DNA of 48,106 nucleotides from Ruthenibacterium sp. Its GTDB lineage: Bacteria; Bacillota; Clostridia; Oscillospirales; Ruminococcaceae. How positions within the stretch are numbered: position 1 is the first letter of the stretch; every line of letters starts with the position of its first letter. Below are positions 1 to 9,017 of this stretch, one piece after another. Location of the stretch: NCBI GenBank assembly GCA_036643515.1, contig JAVXRV010000002.1, forward strand, positions 1 through 48,106, given 5' to 3'. The notes beneath the pieces are model-generated. The model was not told where the DNA came from. It did not search any database and worked only from the letters and a program-made list of their open reading frames with translations. The translations under genes were made by a program, and so were the position numbers.

Positions 1-1842
1 ATAGCCGGTTTCCACGGCGGTGTAGCTGTGCGGTGTGGTGTACATGCCGCCGCTGCCGAACATCATATACGCTGCCGCCATTTCATACGGTGTTACGCCA
101 TAAGTTGACGAGCCGAGCACCATTGGGCCGGCGGCTTTGTCTTTGGGTACAAAGCTTGTGATGCCGAGGTCGTTGCGCATAAAGCGGTAAATATTGCCGA
201 TGCCCGCTTTTTCGCCCACGCGCACGGCAATGGTGTTGATGCTTTCGGCCAGTGCGTCTGCCACAAGCACATCTTTTTCGGAATAAGTTTTGCTGAAGTT
301 GGCCGGCCAATCCTTTTTTTCGCCTGTTTTTTCATCGACTACTTTGCGCACAGGTGTGTCTAGAAACGGCGTTGACCAGTTTATTTTATTGTTTTGCAGT
401 GCCAAGGCATACGCGCCGACGGGTTTCATGGTGCTGCCCACCTGTCGCACGGCATCTGTGCCGCGGTTAAACCCGCGGCTCACTTCTTTTTCGCCGATGC
501 CGCCCACCACAGCTTTGAGCGCGCCGTCATAGCCGAGCGACACCATCGCCGCCTGCGGCGTTTCCACAACATCTTCTTTTACAGGATTTCCCGCGTCGTC
601 AAGCACCTTTTTTCCGTCTTTGTCATACACAACCGCCTGCGTTTTCACGCCCGGCTGCGGAAAAAACTTGCTGCCGTTTTTCATGGTTTTTTCCATGGTC
701 GTTTGCAGCGTTGTGTCCACTGTGGTGAAGATGCGCAAACCGCCGTTGTACAGCAAATGCGTCGTTTCACCGCGGTCAAGCCCATATGTTTTTGACAGAC
801 CGTCCGACACTTCTTCAATCACCGCGTCGGTGAAATAAGTTGTGCGCTGCGTTTCCGGCACGTCCACATGGCCCACGTCAAGCGCAACACCCTGCGCACT
901 CGCCGCAAGATATTGTTCCTCGCTGATATATTCCTGCTGCCACATCTCATACAAAATATAATTGCGCCGTGTGATGTGGTTTTCGAGGTGTGTCGTCGGG
1001 TCGTATCGATATGGATTTTTGGTGATGGCCGCGATGGACGCGCACTGTTCCAGCGTCAATTCGCTTGCTTTTTTGTTGAATAATTTTTGGCTCTCGGCCT
1101 CGACACCCGCCGTATTGCCCGTAAAACTGATGACATTCAAATACGCTTCCAAAATTGTATCTTTTTCATAGGTTGCGTCCATTTTATAGGCGCGATAAAT
1201 TTCGCGCACTTTGCGCAAATAGCCTTGCAGTCCGCCCGCGTCATCGTCACGCGTGAGGTTTTTGATGAGCTGTTGGTCGATGGTGGACGCGCCCTGTTTG
1301 ATGCCGTTTTCGCCGCCGAAATACGTGCCGGTCATCATATATTTTGCCTCGTTTAAAAAGGCGAACACCGTGCGTTTCAAGCTGACGCCGTGGTGTTTAT
1401 AAAAATCTTTGTCCTCAATGGCCACAAATGCGTGTTGCATATCCACCGGTATTTCTGCGAGCGGCACCCATGTTTTTTGCTGTGTCGCCTCAAGCCGCGC
1501 ATACTCCGTCCACTCCGCATCTGCGCCGCTTTGCGCATATAAAATGGTGGCATCGCGATGCGGCAATTGCTCTAAATCGAGCCATAAAAAATCGTTTTGC
1601 GTGTTGAAATGAATGTATGCGCCGAGAAACAGGCACACGCACACAAGCCCCGCGGCACACAGCGAAACAAACGCTTTCAAAAGCCTGTGCTTTTTGCGTC
1701 TTTTGTTCGGCTTATCGGGAGATTTTTTTTGCTTTTTCTCCGGCTTCTGCTCTAGTTCTGCATGGCTTTGCGCGGCTTCCTGCGCGGCAAGATAGCTCGC
1801 CGGCAGGCGGATATTGCGCGGCGGTTTTTCATTGAAATCCAC
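1..1842 (-). CDS. Class A penicillin-binding protein (transglycosylase/transpeptidase); 3' end runs off the window
   Basis: Not in the ORF track; translated by hand from GTG at 1842 (SD AAAGGAG 7 nt upstream). Basic N-terminus, TM helix, GT51 motifs AFVAIEDKDFYKHHGV and GASTIDQQLIKNL. Confidence 0.9.
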   Translation of the reverse strand, partial: MDFNEKPPRNIRLPASYLAAQEAAQSHAELEQKPEKKQKKSPDKPNKRRKKHRLLKAFVSLCAAGLVCVCLFLGAYIHFNTQNDFLWLDLEQLPHRDATILYAQSGADAEWTEYARLEATQQKTWVPLAEIPVDMQHAFVAIEDKDFYKHHGVSLKRTVFAFLNEAKYMMTGTYFGGENGIKQGASTIDQQLIKNLTRDDDAGGLQGYLRKVREIYRAYKMDATYEKDTILEAYLNVISFTGNTAGVEAESQKLFNKKASELTLEQCASIAAITKNPYRYDPTTHLENHITRRNYILYEMWQQEYISEEQYLAASAQGVALDVGHVDVPETQRTTYFTDAVIEEVSDGLSKTYGLDRGETTHLLYNGGLRIFTTVDTTLQTTMEKTMKNGSKFFPQPGVKTQAVVYDKDGKKVLDDAGNPVKEDVVETPQAAMVSLGYDGALKAVVGGIGEKEVSRGFNRGTDAVRQVGSTMKPVGAYALALQNNKINWSTPFLDTPVRKVVDEKTGEKKDWPANFSKTYSEKDVLVADALAESINTIAVRVGEKAGIGNIYRFMRNDLGITSFVPKDKAAGPMVLGSSTYGVTPYEMAAAYMMFGSGGMYTTPHSYTAVETGY

Positions 1843-1858
1843 AAAACGGCTCCTTTAT

Positions 1859-1903
1859 AAAAAACGCGATGGGGCGGCATTGCACGTTCTGCAATACCGC
1901 CCC
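1859..1903 (-). terminator. Intrinsic terminator-like hairpin between DUF896 and the PBP gene
   Basis: Minus strand GGGGCGGTATTGCA-gaacg-TGCAATGCCGCCCC followed by atcgcgTTTTTT. Confidence 0.55.
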
Positions 1904-1914
1904 CCGCTGAACCA

Positions 1915-2124
1915 TTATTTTTTCTTTTTCTCAAGCGGGGTACGCGTTCCGTTTTCATCCACGATGACCGTGTGCTCCAGCTGCGTTTGCAGCGATGCTT
2001 TCATCGAGGCGATATACTCTTGACGCAACGAGGCCTGTTCCGCTTTTTCTTCATTCGAAAGGCCTTCCGGCGTGCGGCTTTTTGCAGCAAGCGCGTTAAT
2101 CCTTATGATATTTTCCGGCGTCAT
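1915..2124 (-). CDS. DUF896/UPF0291 (YnzC-like) small protein, 69 aa
   Basis: MTPENIIRINALAAKSRTPEGLSNEEKAEQASLRQEYI matches the family pattern RINeLa.K.k..gLt.eEk.Eq..LRqeY. SD AAGGGAG; overlaps the helicase end by 29 nt. Confidence 0.88.
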   Translation of the reverse strand: MTPENIIRINALAAKSRTPEGLSNEEKAEQASLRQEYIASMKASLQTQLEHTVIVDENGTRTPLEKKKK

Positions 2125-3823
2125 GCGGTTTTCTCCCTTTCGCAAAACGGTCGCGCGGCTTTGAGCCATAAGACGGTTTTTTGCCCTTATACTCTCCACC
2201 GGCATGATGTGCAAACACCGCTTTTGAGGCGATGCGCGTATACGTGACTTCCTGCTGTTTGATTTTGCCCTTTGGCATTTCGGCAATCACCTTGTCGGCG
2301 TTCTCTTTGGAGAGGTCGATTTCGGTGTGGTCGGCATAAATATTGATTTTTCCGATGTCGGACGCGGAAAGGCCTGTGCCCTCGACAATGGCGCCTACAA
2401 TAAAGTTTGGCCCGATTTTTGCGTCTGAACCGATGCTGACGGAAATCCATGCGCGGCCGGCAGACGTGGTGCCCGCGCCGGTGCCTCTTTGGCCGCTTGT
2501 GGCGGTGATGCTGCGCACATTGTGCACGGCGGCAAGGCGTTTGTTTTTATTCTGCAAACGGCCGCAGAGCACTGCCGCGATGTCGGCGGCATCCACGCCC
2601 TCTTTCACAAGGTCGTCTACAAATTTTTTCCATTCGTAGCCGGATTGCTCAAGCACACCTTTGCGGATTTCGTCGGCAAACGTGGCAAAGCCGTGTGCGC
2701 TGATGCTCTCGATGCTTGGCACTTCGCGTGCTTCAATCGGGGTTTTGATATAGCGCTCAATTTCACGCACGCGCATGAGCTGGGCGCGGTTGGCGGCGAG
2801 CGTGTAGCTTGCGCCTTTTTTGCCCGCGCGGCCTGTGCGGCCGATGCGATGGATATAATATTCATATTCCTGCGGAATATCGTAGTTGAACACAGCCTCG
2901 ATGTCCTCGACGTCAATGCCGCGTGCGGCAACGTCGGTGGCGATGAGGATGTTATTGCGGCCGCTTTTAAAATCGGCCATCACGGCGGTGCGTTGGCTCT
3001 GTTTCAAGTCGCCATGAATGCCTGCCGAGCGGAAACCGGCCGCATTGAGGTCAGCCACAAGCTCGTCTACCATGCTTTTGGTGTTGCAGAATACGAGCGC
3101 ACGTTTCGGGCGATGAAATTCAAGAAGCAACTTCAATGCGTCGTTTTTTCCGCCCTGTGGGATATTATAATAGCTCTGATCGATGCTTTCGACGGTTTTT
3201 GCGCCGCCGTCTACCGCCACCATGACCGGCTCTTTTTGAAAATCTTGCGTAATTTGCAAAATCGCACGCGGCATGGTTGCGCTGAACAGCACCGTTTGGC
3301 GGTCTTCGGGCGCACTTTCCAAAATCGTGCGGATATCGTCGATAAAGCCCATGTTGAGCATTTCATCGGCCTCGTCCAAAATCACCGTTTTGAGGTGCTC
3401 AAGTTTGAGCGTTTTGCGGCGCAGATGATCCATGATGCGTCCCGGCGTACCGATGACGATTTTGGCAGTTTTCAGCGCACGGATTTGAATATCCATCGGC
3501 TGACCGCCAAACACAATGGCCGTGGAAACGCCCGGCAGATACTTCGCAAATTTGCGAATTTCGCCGGCAGTTTGCACCGCAAGCTCCCGCGTGGGGCTTA
3601 AAATCAGCACACTGGCACGGTCGGCACAATCGGCTGCCATCTGTACGACGGGAATGCCGAATGCCGCAGTTTTGCCGGTGCCGGTGGAGGAGCGCCCCAT
3701 GACGTCCTTCCCCGCTAAAATCGGAGGAATCGCGCCGCTTTGAATGGCGGTGGCTTCGTCAAAGCCGAGTTCAGCGACGGCGCGCAGGATTTCTTCGCGC
3801 AGGGAAAGTTCATTAAATTGCAT
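2096..3823 (-). CDS. DEAD-box RNA helicase (DeaD/CshA-like) with C-terminal DbpA-type RNA-binding domain
   Basis: Q motif, TGTGKT, PTRELA, TPGR, DEAD, SAT, ARGID, HRIGRTGRAG; C-terminal IVGAIVEGTGLSASDIGKINIY. Confidence 0.95.
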   Translation of the reverse strand: MQFNELSLREEILRAVAELGFDEATAIQSGAIPPILAGKDVMGRSSTGTGKTAAFGIPVVQMAADCADRASVLILSPTRELAVQTAGEIRKFAKYLPGVSTAIVFGGQPMDIQIRALKTAKIVIGTPGRIMDHLRRKTLKLEHLKTVILDEADEMLNMGFIDDIRTILESAPEDRQTVLFSATMPRAILQITQDFQKEPVMVAVDGGAKTVESIDQSYYNIPQGGKNDALKLLLEFHRPKRALVFCNTKSMVDELVADLNAAGFRSAGIHGDLKQSQRTAVMADFKSGRNNILIATDVAARGIDVEDIEAVFNYDIPQEYEYYIHRIGRTGRAGKKGASYTLAANRAQLMRVREIERYIKTPIEAREVPSIESISAHGFATFADEIRKGVLEQSGYEWKKFVDDLVKEGVDAADIAAVLCGRLQNKNKRLAAVHNVRSITATSGQRGTGAGTTSAGRAWISVSIGSDAKIGPNFIVGAIVEGTGLSASDIGKINIYADHTEIDLSKENADKVIAEMPKGKIKQQEVTYTRIASKAVFAHHAGGEYKGKKPSYGSKPRDRFAKGRKPHDAGKYHKD

Positions 3824-3873
3824 TTTTTACCTTATTTCTTTCATATTTTAAACCAAATCTATCTAGACATTTT

Positions 3874-3884
3874 AGTATATCACA
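3874..3884 (-). promoter_or_regulatory. Extended -10 promoter proximal to the helicase gene
   Basis: Minus strand TGTGATATACT about 50 nt upstream of ATG 3823. Confidence 0.55.
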
Positions 3885-3936
3885 AATTGTGCGTTTTGCA
3901 TAGTATTCTTTTACCGATTTTAGTAAAAATTCTAAT

Positions 3937-3989
3937 AAAAATGCTCGCACAAAACAGACCTTTCAGCGGAAAGATCTGTTTTGTACGAG
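3937..3989 (-). terminator. Intrinsic terminator upstream of the helicase gene
   Basis: 21-bp stem 3944-3964/3969-3989 with two G-U pairs only in minus orientation, followed by caTTTTTA. Confidence 0.7.
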
Positions 3990-4188
3990 TTCTGATGACA
4001 TTAAGAATTGAAATAGGAGTGTGAAAATTTATGTAAACCCGCAAGCGGGAGAATTGGTTGTCGTCGGGCAGATGGCATTCGCCATGACCCGACTTTTGTG
4101 GGAGCATTCGCTCCTTGCTTTGTAGAACGCACATCTGGCGAAAGATTTCTCTCACCCTGTGCTGCAAAGATTGTTTTCTTTGTGGCAT
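3937..4188 (-). ncRNA. Candidate ~250-nt structured sRNA or attenuator leader, family unrecognised
   Basis: TATAAT at 4200-4195, four hairpins (two with GC-GAAU-GC tops, one gCUUGc), anti-SD-like CUCCU, terminal terminator. Confidence 0.5.
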
Positions 4189-4288
4189 GATTCTATTATA
4201 CGGAGTACTTGTGAACAAAATACGTGGTACATTTTAATTCTTTTGTAACAATTTGTGATATAATTGTGTGAAGCGGAGGTGCTTTGCC

Positions 4289-4909
4289 ATGAATTATCAA
4301 CTTGAAATGGAACAAATCATACAAGGTTTCGGCGATGCTGTGCCGAAATTGCTGCTTCATTCCTGCTGTGCGCCGTGTTCGAGCGCCGTGCTCGAGCGTT
4401 TGGCGGAATATTTTGAAATCACAGTCGATTATTATAACCCCAACATTGACCCGCCGGCCGAATATCACCGCCGTGCGGCAGAACAGGCGCGTTTTATCAC
4501 CGAAACGCCGCGTGCGCACACGGTGACCTTTTGGGAAGCGCCCTATCAGCCGAGCGATTTTTACGCGGCCGTCAAGGGTTTAGAGCAAATTCCCGAGGGC
4601 GGCGCACGCTGTTTTGCGTGTTACGCGCTGCGGTTGCGGCAGGCGGCAAGGCTTGCGAAAGAAAACGACTTCGATTTTTTCACCACCACGCTGTCCATCA
4701 GTCCGCACAAAAATGCCGCAAAACTCAACGAAATCGGCTTTGCGCTGCAAGAAGAATTTGGCGTGCGCTATTTGCCGGCCGATTTTAAAAAGAAAGAGGG
4801 CTTTAAGCGCAGCACGCAGCTTGCGGCGCAATATGGCCTGTATCGGCAGGATTATTGCGGCTGCATTTTTTCGCGCCGCGTGCGGGAAGATACCGAAGCG
4901 CACACATAA
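4289..4909 (+). CDS. queH: Epoxyqueuosine reductase QueH
   Basis: LLLHSCCAPCS, YNPNI, RCFACY, TTTLSISPHK, YRQDYCGC. SD GGAGGT; extended -10 TGATATAAT at 4256-4264. Confidence 0.93.
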   Translation: MNYQLEMEQIIQGFGDAVPKLLLHSCCAPCSSAVLERLAEYFEITVDYYNPNIDPPAEYHRRAAEQARFITETPRAHTVTFWEAPYQPSDFYAAVKGLEQIPEGGARCFACYALRLRQAARLAKENDFDFFTTTLSISPHKNAAKLNEIGFALQEEFGVRYLPADFKKKEGFKRSTQLAAQYGLYRQDYCGCIFSRRVREDTEAHT

Positions 4910-4968
4910 GTGTGCCATAGGGCGCACACGTTTTCAGCCGCGCGCGATTGCACAAAATTCACAAAAAC

Positions 4969-5010
4969 ACAGGCCGTTCTATGCAGATTGCAGCATAGAA
5001 CGGCCTGTTT
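4969..5010. terminator. Bidirectional terminator between convergent queH and fhs
   Basis: Perfect 16-bp stem ACAGGCCGTTCTATGC/GCATAGAACGGCCTGT. Confidence 0.75.
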
Positions 5011-5049
5011 ATTGTGCATGTGCGATAGCACGCACATAGGATAAGTTTT
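5011..5049 (+). repeat. Dispersed bulged-hairpin repeat, copy 1
   Basis: ATTGTGCATGTGCGATAGCACGCACATAGGATAAGTTTT; 38/39 identical to the reverse complement of 26717-26755. Confidence 0.85.
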
Positions 5050-5051
5050 AT

Positions 5052-6719
5052 TTAAAAGAGTCCGCTGATGACGCCGTTTTCGTCCACGTCGATGTTCTCT
5101 GCCGCCGGACGTTTGGGCAGGCCGGGCATCGTCATGATATCGCCCATCACCACCACCACAAATCCGGCACCCGCCGACAGTCGCACGCCGCGCACAGTCA
5201 TGGTAAAGCCGGTCGGTGCGCCGAGCAGCGCCGCGTTATCGCTGAAACTGTACTGCGTTTTCGCAATGCAAACCGGCAATTTGCCAAAGCCGTTTTGCGC
5301 AAGCTCCGCAAGTTGTTTTGCCGCCGGCCCACTGATGACAACGTCTGCCGCACCGTAAATGTTTTTGCACACGGCGCGGATTTTATCCTCAATGGAGAGG
5401 TCGTCTTGATAGGTAAAGTGGATGGGATTGTCATTCAAAATCGCGAGTGTTTTTTCGGCGAGTTCAAGGCCGCCTTTGCCGCCTTTTGCAAACACTTCAC
5501 TCAGTGCACACGGCACGCCTTTTTTGGCGCAAAAATCGCGCAAGAAGGCATGTTCTTCGGCGCTGTCTGTCGGAAAGGTGTTGATGGCAACGCACACCGG
5601 CAAACCAAATTGCTGCTGCATATTGTCGATGTGACGCGCCAAATTCGCACTGCCGGCCTCAAGCAGCGCCACATTCGGCTCGCCCAATTTGTCTTTCGCA
5701 CAGCCGCCGTGATGCTTTAATGCACGCACGGTCGCCACAAGCACCACCGCGCTCGGCCGAATGCCGGAGAGGCGGCATTTGATGTCGAGAAATTTTTCAG
5801 CGCCGAGATCTGCGCCGAAACCGGCCTCTGTCACAACATAATCGCCCAATTTCATGGCGAGTTTCGTCGCCATAACGCTGTTGCAACCGTGGGCGATGTT
5901 CGCAAACGGCCCGCCGTGCACAAGCGCCGGCGTGTGCTCTAAGGTTTGGACGAGATTCGGGTCAAATGCGTCTTTTAACAGCGCCGCCATTGCGCCGGCC
6001 GCGCCAATTTCTCCCGCCGTCACGGGCGCACCCTCATAAGTGTAGCCCACCACAATGCGCGCCAAACGCGCTTTGAGGTCAGATAAATCGGTCGCAAGGC
6101 AGAAAATCGCCATCACTTCGCTTGCCACCGTGATGTCATAACCGTCCTCGCGCGGCGTGCCGTTGGCTTTGCCGCCAAGACCGTCGGTCACATAGCGCAG
6201 TTGGCGGTCGTTCATGTCGACACAGCGTTTCCATGTGATGCGGCGCGGGTCAAGATGTAGCGCATTGCCGTGGAAAATATGGTTGTCCACCATGGCGGCA
6301 AGCAGATTGTTTGCCGCGCCGATGGCGTGTAAATCGCCTGTAAAATGCAGATTGATGTCCTCCATCGGCACAACCTGCGCATATCCGCCGCCTGCCGCGC
6401 CGCCTTTGAGGCCAAACACAGGCCCAAGGCTCGGCTCACGCAGCGCAAGCACCACGTTTTTGCCCATTTGATGCAGCGCGTCGCCAAGCCCGACACTGGT
6501 GGTTGTTTTGCCCTCGCCGGCGGGAGTGGGGCTGATGGCTGTCACCAAAATCAATTTTCCGTCCGACCGATTCGCCATTTTTTTCACAAGACGATGGTCT
6601 ACTTTTGCCTTGTATTTGCCATAGGGAATGAGATTTTCGTCTGCCAAGCCTAATTTTTGTGCCACTGATGCCACAGTGTCAAGCGTTGATTCCTGTGCGA
6701 TTTGAATGTCACTTTTCAT
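5052..6719 (-). CDS. fhs: Formate--tetrahydrofolate ligase
   Basis: [74 protein letters not shown]. Confidence 0.97.
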   Translation of the reverse strand: MKSDIQIAQESTLDTVASVAQKLGLADENLIPYGKYKAKVDHRLVKKMANRSDGKLILVTAISPTPAGEGKTTTSVGLGDALHQMGKNVVLALREPSLGPVFGLKGGAAGGGYAQVVPMEDINLHFTGDLHAIGAANNLLAAMVDNHIFHGNALHLDPRRITWKRCVDMNDRQLRYVTDGLGGKANGTPREDGYDITVASEVMAIFCLATDLSDLKARLARIVVGYTYEGAPVTAGEIGAAGAMAALLKDAFDPNLVQTLEHTPALVHGGPFANIAHGCNSVMATKLAMKLGDYVVTEAGFGADLGAEKFLDIKCRLSGIRPSAVVLVATVRALKHHGGCAKDKLGEPNVALLEAGSANLARHIDNMQQQFGLPVCVAINTFPTDSAEEHAFLRDFCAKKGVPCALSEVFAKGGKGGLELAEKTLAILNDNPIHFTYQDDLSIEDKIRAVCKNIYGAADVVISGPAAKQLAELAQNGFGKLPVCIAKTQYSFSDNAALLGAPTGFTMTVRGVRLSAGAGFVVVVMGDIMTMPGLPKRPAAENIDVDENGVISGLF

Positions 6720-6889
6720 CCCAAAACTCCTCCTCATATTGAATGTGCGCTGCCTATTATTTTATCGTACATAAAAGTTTAACAAATTCTGCGAAAAAAT
6801 ACAAGTAATTGCGTTTGCTTTTTATCGCGCACAATGGTAAACTGAAGAAGACAAAAGATAACAGCTCTGAATCAGATGGGAGTTTCCAA

Positions 6890-7735
6890 ATGGACATACA
6901 AATTATTGCAGATACCAGTTGTGATTTAACACCCGCGCTCGCCAATGTTCTGCGTGTGTCACTCGTGAGTTTTAAGCTCAGCATCGGCGCTGATACTTTT
7001 ATTGACGACGCTTCGCTTGATGTAAAACAGCTGATTGCCACCATGAAAGCCTACAAAGGCGCCGCGGCAACGGCCTGCCCATCGCCCGACGACTTTGCCA
7101 CCTACATGCGCAAGGCAAAAGAAAGCGTTGTCGTCACCATTTCAAGTCATCTGTCCGGCTGCTATAATTCTGCCATGGTCGCACGCGATATGGTGTTGGA
7201 AGAAGACCCCACCCATAAAATTCATGTGTTCGACAGCGAAAGCGCCTCTGCCGGTGAAACACGCGTGGCTTTACTTTTGCGTGACATGATTGACGCCGAT
7301 TTGCCGTTTGAAGAAATTGTCACACGCGGCACTGCGTTTATCGCCACCATGCGCACCCGCTTTGTGCTTGAGGATCTTGGCAACTTAATCAAAAACGGCC
7401 GCATCTCCAAAGCCGCCGGTCTGCTTGGCACAATGCTGAACTTGCGCCCCATTATGAGCGAGGACGGTCACGGCGAAATTATCTGCCTTGAAAAAGTGCG
7501 CGGCACGCAAAATTCCATGCGCCGACTGGTTGAAATTGTTGCCGAAACCACGCAAACTCTCGCAAAAGGCAGCACCACCATGGTATTGAGCTATTGTAAC
7601 TGTGTGGAGCGTGCCACCGAACTCAAAAAAGATATTTTGGCGAAGTGCACCGCATTTGACAAAATTATCATGGTGCCGACGGCCGGTCTGTCCACGGTTT
7701 ATGCCAACGACGGCGGTGTGATTCTCGCCTATTAA
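6890..7735 (+). CDS. DegV/FakB family fatty-acid-binding protein
   Basis: IIADTSCDL, TACPSP, ISSHLSGCYNSA, DSESASAGE, LIKNGRI. Confidence 0.92.
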   Translation: MDIQIIADTSCDLTPALANVLRVSLVSFKLSIGADTFIDDASLDVKQLIATMKAYKGAAATACPSPDDFATYMRKAKESVVVTISSHLSGCYNSAMVARDMVLEEDPTHKIHVFDSESASAGETRVALLLRDMIDADLPFEEIVTRGTAFIATMRTRFVLEDLGNLIKNGRISKAAGLLGTMLNLRPIMSEDGHGEIICLEKVRGTQNSMRRLVEIVAETTQTLAKGSTTMVLSYCNCVERATELKKDILAKCTAFDKIIMVPTAGLSTVYANDGGVILAY

Positions 7736-7759
7736 ACATCGCACAAAATCGTAAAGTCG

Positions 7760-7799
7760 ACAAGGGAATTCTCGAAAAGGGTTCCCTTGTTTGTTGTTT
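7760..7799 (+). terminator. Terminator after degV
   Basis: ACAAGGGAA...TTCCCTTGT followed by a T-rich tail. Confidence 0.6.
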
Positions 7800-7858
7800 C
7801 GTTGTATAGTATAATCTGTATAATACAAATTTACATCAAAACAGTGAGGAGCTTGCGC

Positions 7859-8998
7859 TTGGAATTTCATTATCTCGATAACGCCGCCACCACGCGCGTA
7901 GACGACACCGTGGCAGACGTGGCAAATGATGTGCTGCGCGCGCATTTTGCAAATCCGTCCTCGCTGTATACACCCGGCGCAAAAAGCGAAGCCGTTATCA
8001 CGGCCGCCCGCAAATCCGTCGCCGATGCGCTCGGCTGTGCGCCGCAAAATATCACCTTCACGTCCTGTGGGTCAGAGGGGAACAATCTCGCGATATTCGG
8101 CGCGGTCAACGCACGTAAAAAATGGGCAGACACCGTTGTTGTCACCGGATATGAGCATCCCAGCGTCCAAAACTGTATGCGATACCTCGCCGAAAACGGC
8201 TGGAACGTCATCACCGTTTTTCCCGATGCCGCAGGACATGTTGACGCGGACGCGCTCGTAAATGCCGTCACGTCCACCACCGCGCTTGTCGCCGTGATGC
8301 ATGTCAACAACGAAGTCGGCTCGATTCTCGACGTCGCCGCCATCGCCGCACGCGTCAAGGCCAAAAATAGCCGCACCGCTGTGCACGCAGACGGCGTACA
8401 GGCGTTCGGCAAACTGCCGATTGCCCTCGCAGCCACCGCAATTGACAGCTACACCGTATCCGGCCATAAAATTCACGCGCCAAAAGGCGTGGGTGCGCTG
8501 TATTTGCGCAAAGGTTATTTTATCGCACAAACTTTTTTCGGCGGCGGACAGGAGCGCGGCTTTCGTCCGGGCACCGAAAATATCGCCTATATCGCCGCAT
8601 TTGGCGCAGCCGCGGCCAAAATCACAGCGGCGCAAACACAAAATATTCCCCATTTGCAGGCGCTGAACGAACATCTCACTGCCGCGCTCGCCCAAATGCC
8701 GGACGTCACGCGCAACAGCCCGCCGGACGCGCTCTCCTCCCTCGTCAATTTTTCCGTTTCGGGCGTGAAAAGCGAAACGATGCTGCATTTTCTTGAGAGC
8801 CGCGGCGTGTATGTTTCAAGCGGTTCTGCGTGCAGCAAGGGTGAGGCAAGCCACACGCTCACCGCGATGCATCTGCCCAAAAAGCGCGTTGATACAGCAC
8901 TGCGCGTCAGTTTTTGCGCAGAAAATACCTTGGCCGACGTGGACGCATTGCTGGCCGCCTTGCGCGAGGGCATCGCAACACTCTCGAAAATTCGCTGA
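7859..8998 (+). CDS. iscS: Cysteine desulfurase (IscS/NifZ-like, ThiI partner)
   Basis: YLDNAATT, NPSS, SGHKIHAPKG (PLP Lys), RPGTEN, SSGSACS. TTG start after GAGGAG. Confidence 0.92.
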   Translation: MEFHYLDNAATTRVDDTVADVANDVLRAHFANPSSLYTPGAKSEAVITAARKSVADALGCAPQNITFTSCGSEGNNLAIFGAVNARKKWADTVVVTGYEHPSVQNCMRYLAENGWNVITVFPDAAGHVDADALVNAVTSTTALVAVMHVNNEVGSILDVAAIAARVKAKNSRTAVHADGVQAFGKLPIALAATAIDSYTVSGHKIHAPKGVGALYLRKGYFIAQTFFGGGQERGFRPGTENIAYIAAFGAAAAKITAAQTQNIPHLQALNEHLTAALAQMPDVTRNSPPDALSSLVNFSVSGVKSETMLHFLESRGVYVSSGSACSKGEASHTLTAMHLPKKRVDTALRVSFCAENTLADVDALLAALREGIATLSKIR

Positions 8999-9017
8999 AA
9001 GATAAAGGAAACAACTG

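Noticed and set aside
2489-3601. 370-aa plus-strand ORF (likewise 9117-10091, 15166-16041, 25323-26486, 35291-35998, 42460-43320)
   Set aside because: Antisense shadows of well-supported genes, expected from codon bias at this GC content.
4013-4036. Plus-strand AGGAG followed by ATG-TAA or GTG, a possible minigene
   Set aside because: Poor SD spacing and no clear plus-strand promoter; more simply the complement of the anti-SD-like tract of the minus-strand RNA.
3880-4218. 112-aa minus-strand ORF in the helicase-queH spacer
   Set aside because: No SD, starts upstream of the -10 and runs through the terminator; RNA structure explains the region better.
6720-6889. Possible ZTP or THF riboswitch upstream of fhs; preQ1 riboswitch upstream of queH
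   Set aside because: No recognisable aptamer consensus; the leaders are short and AT-rich.
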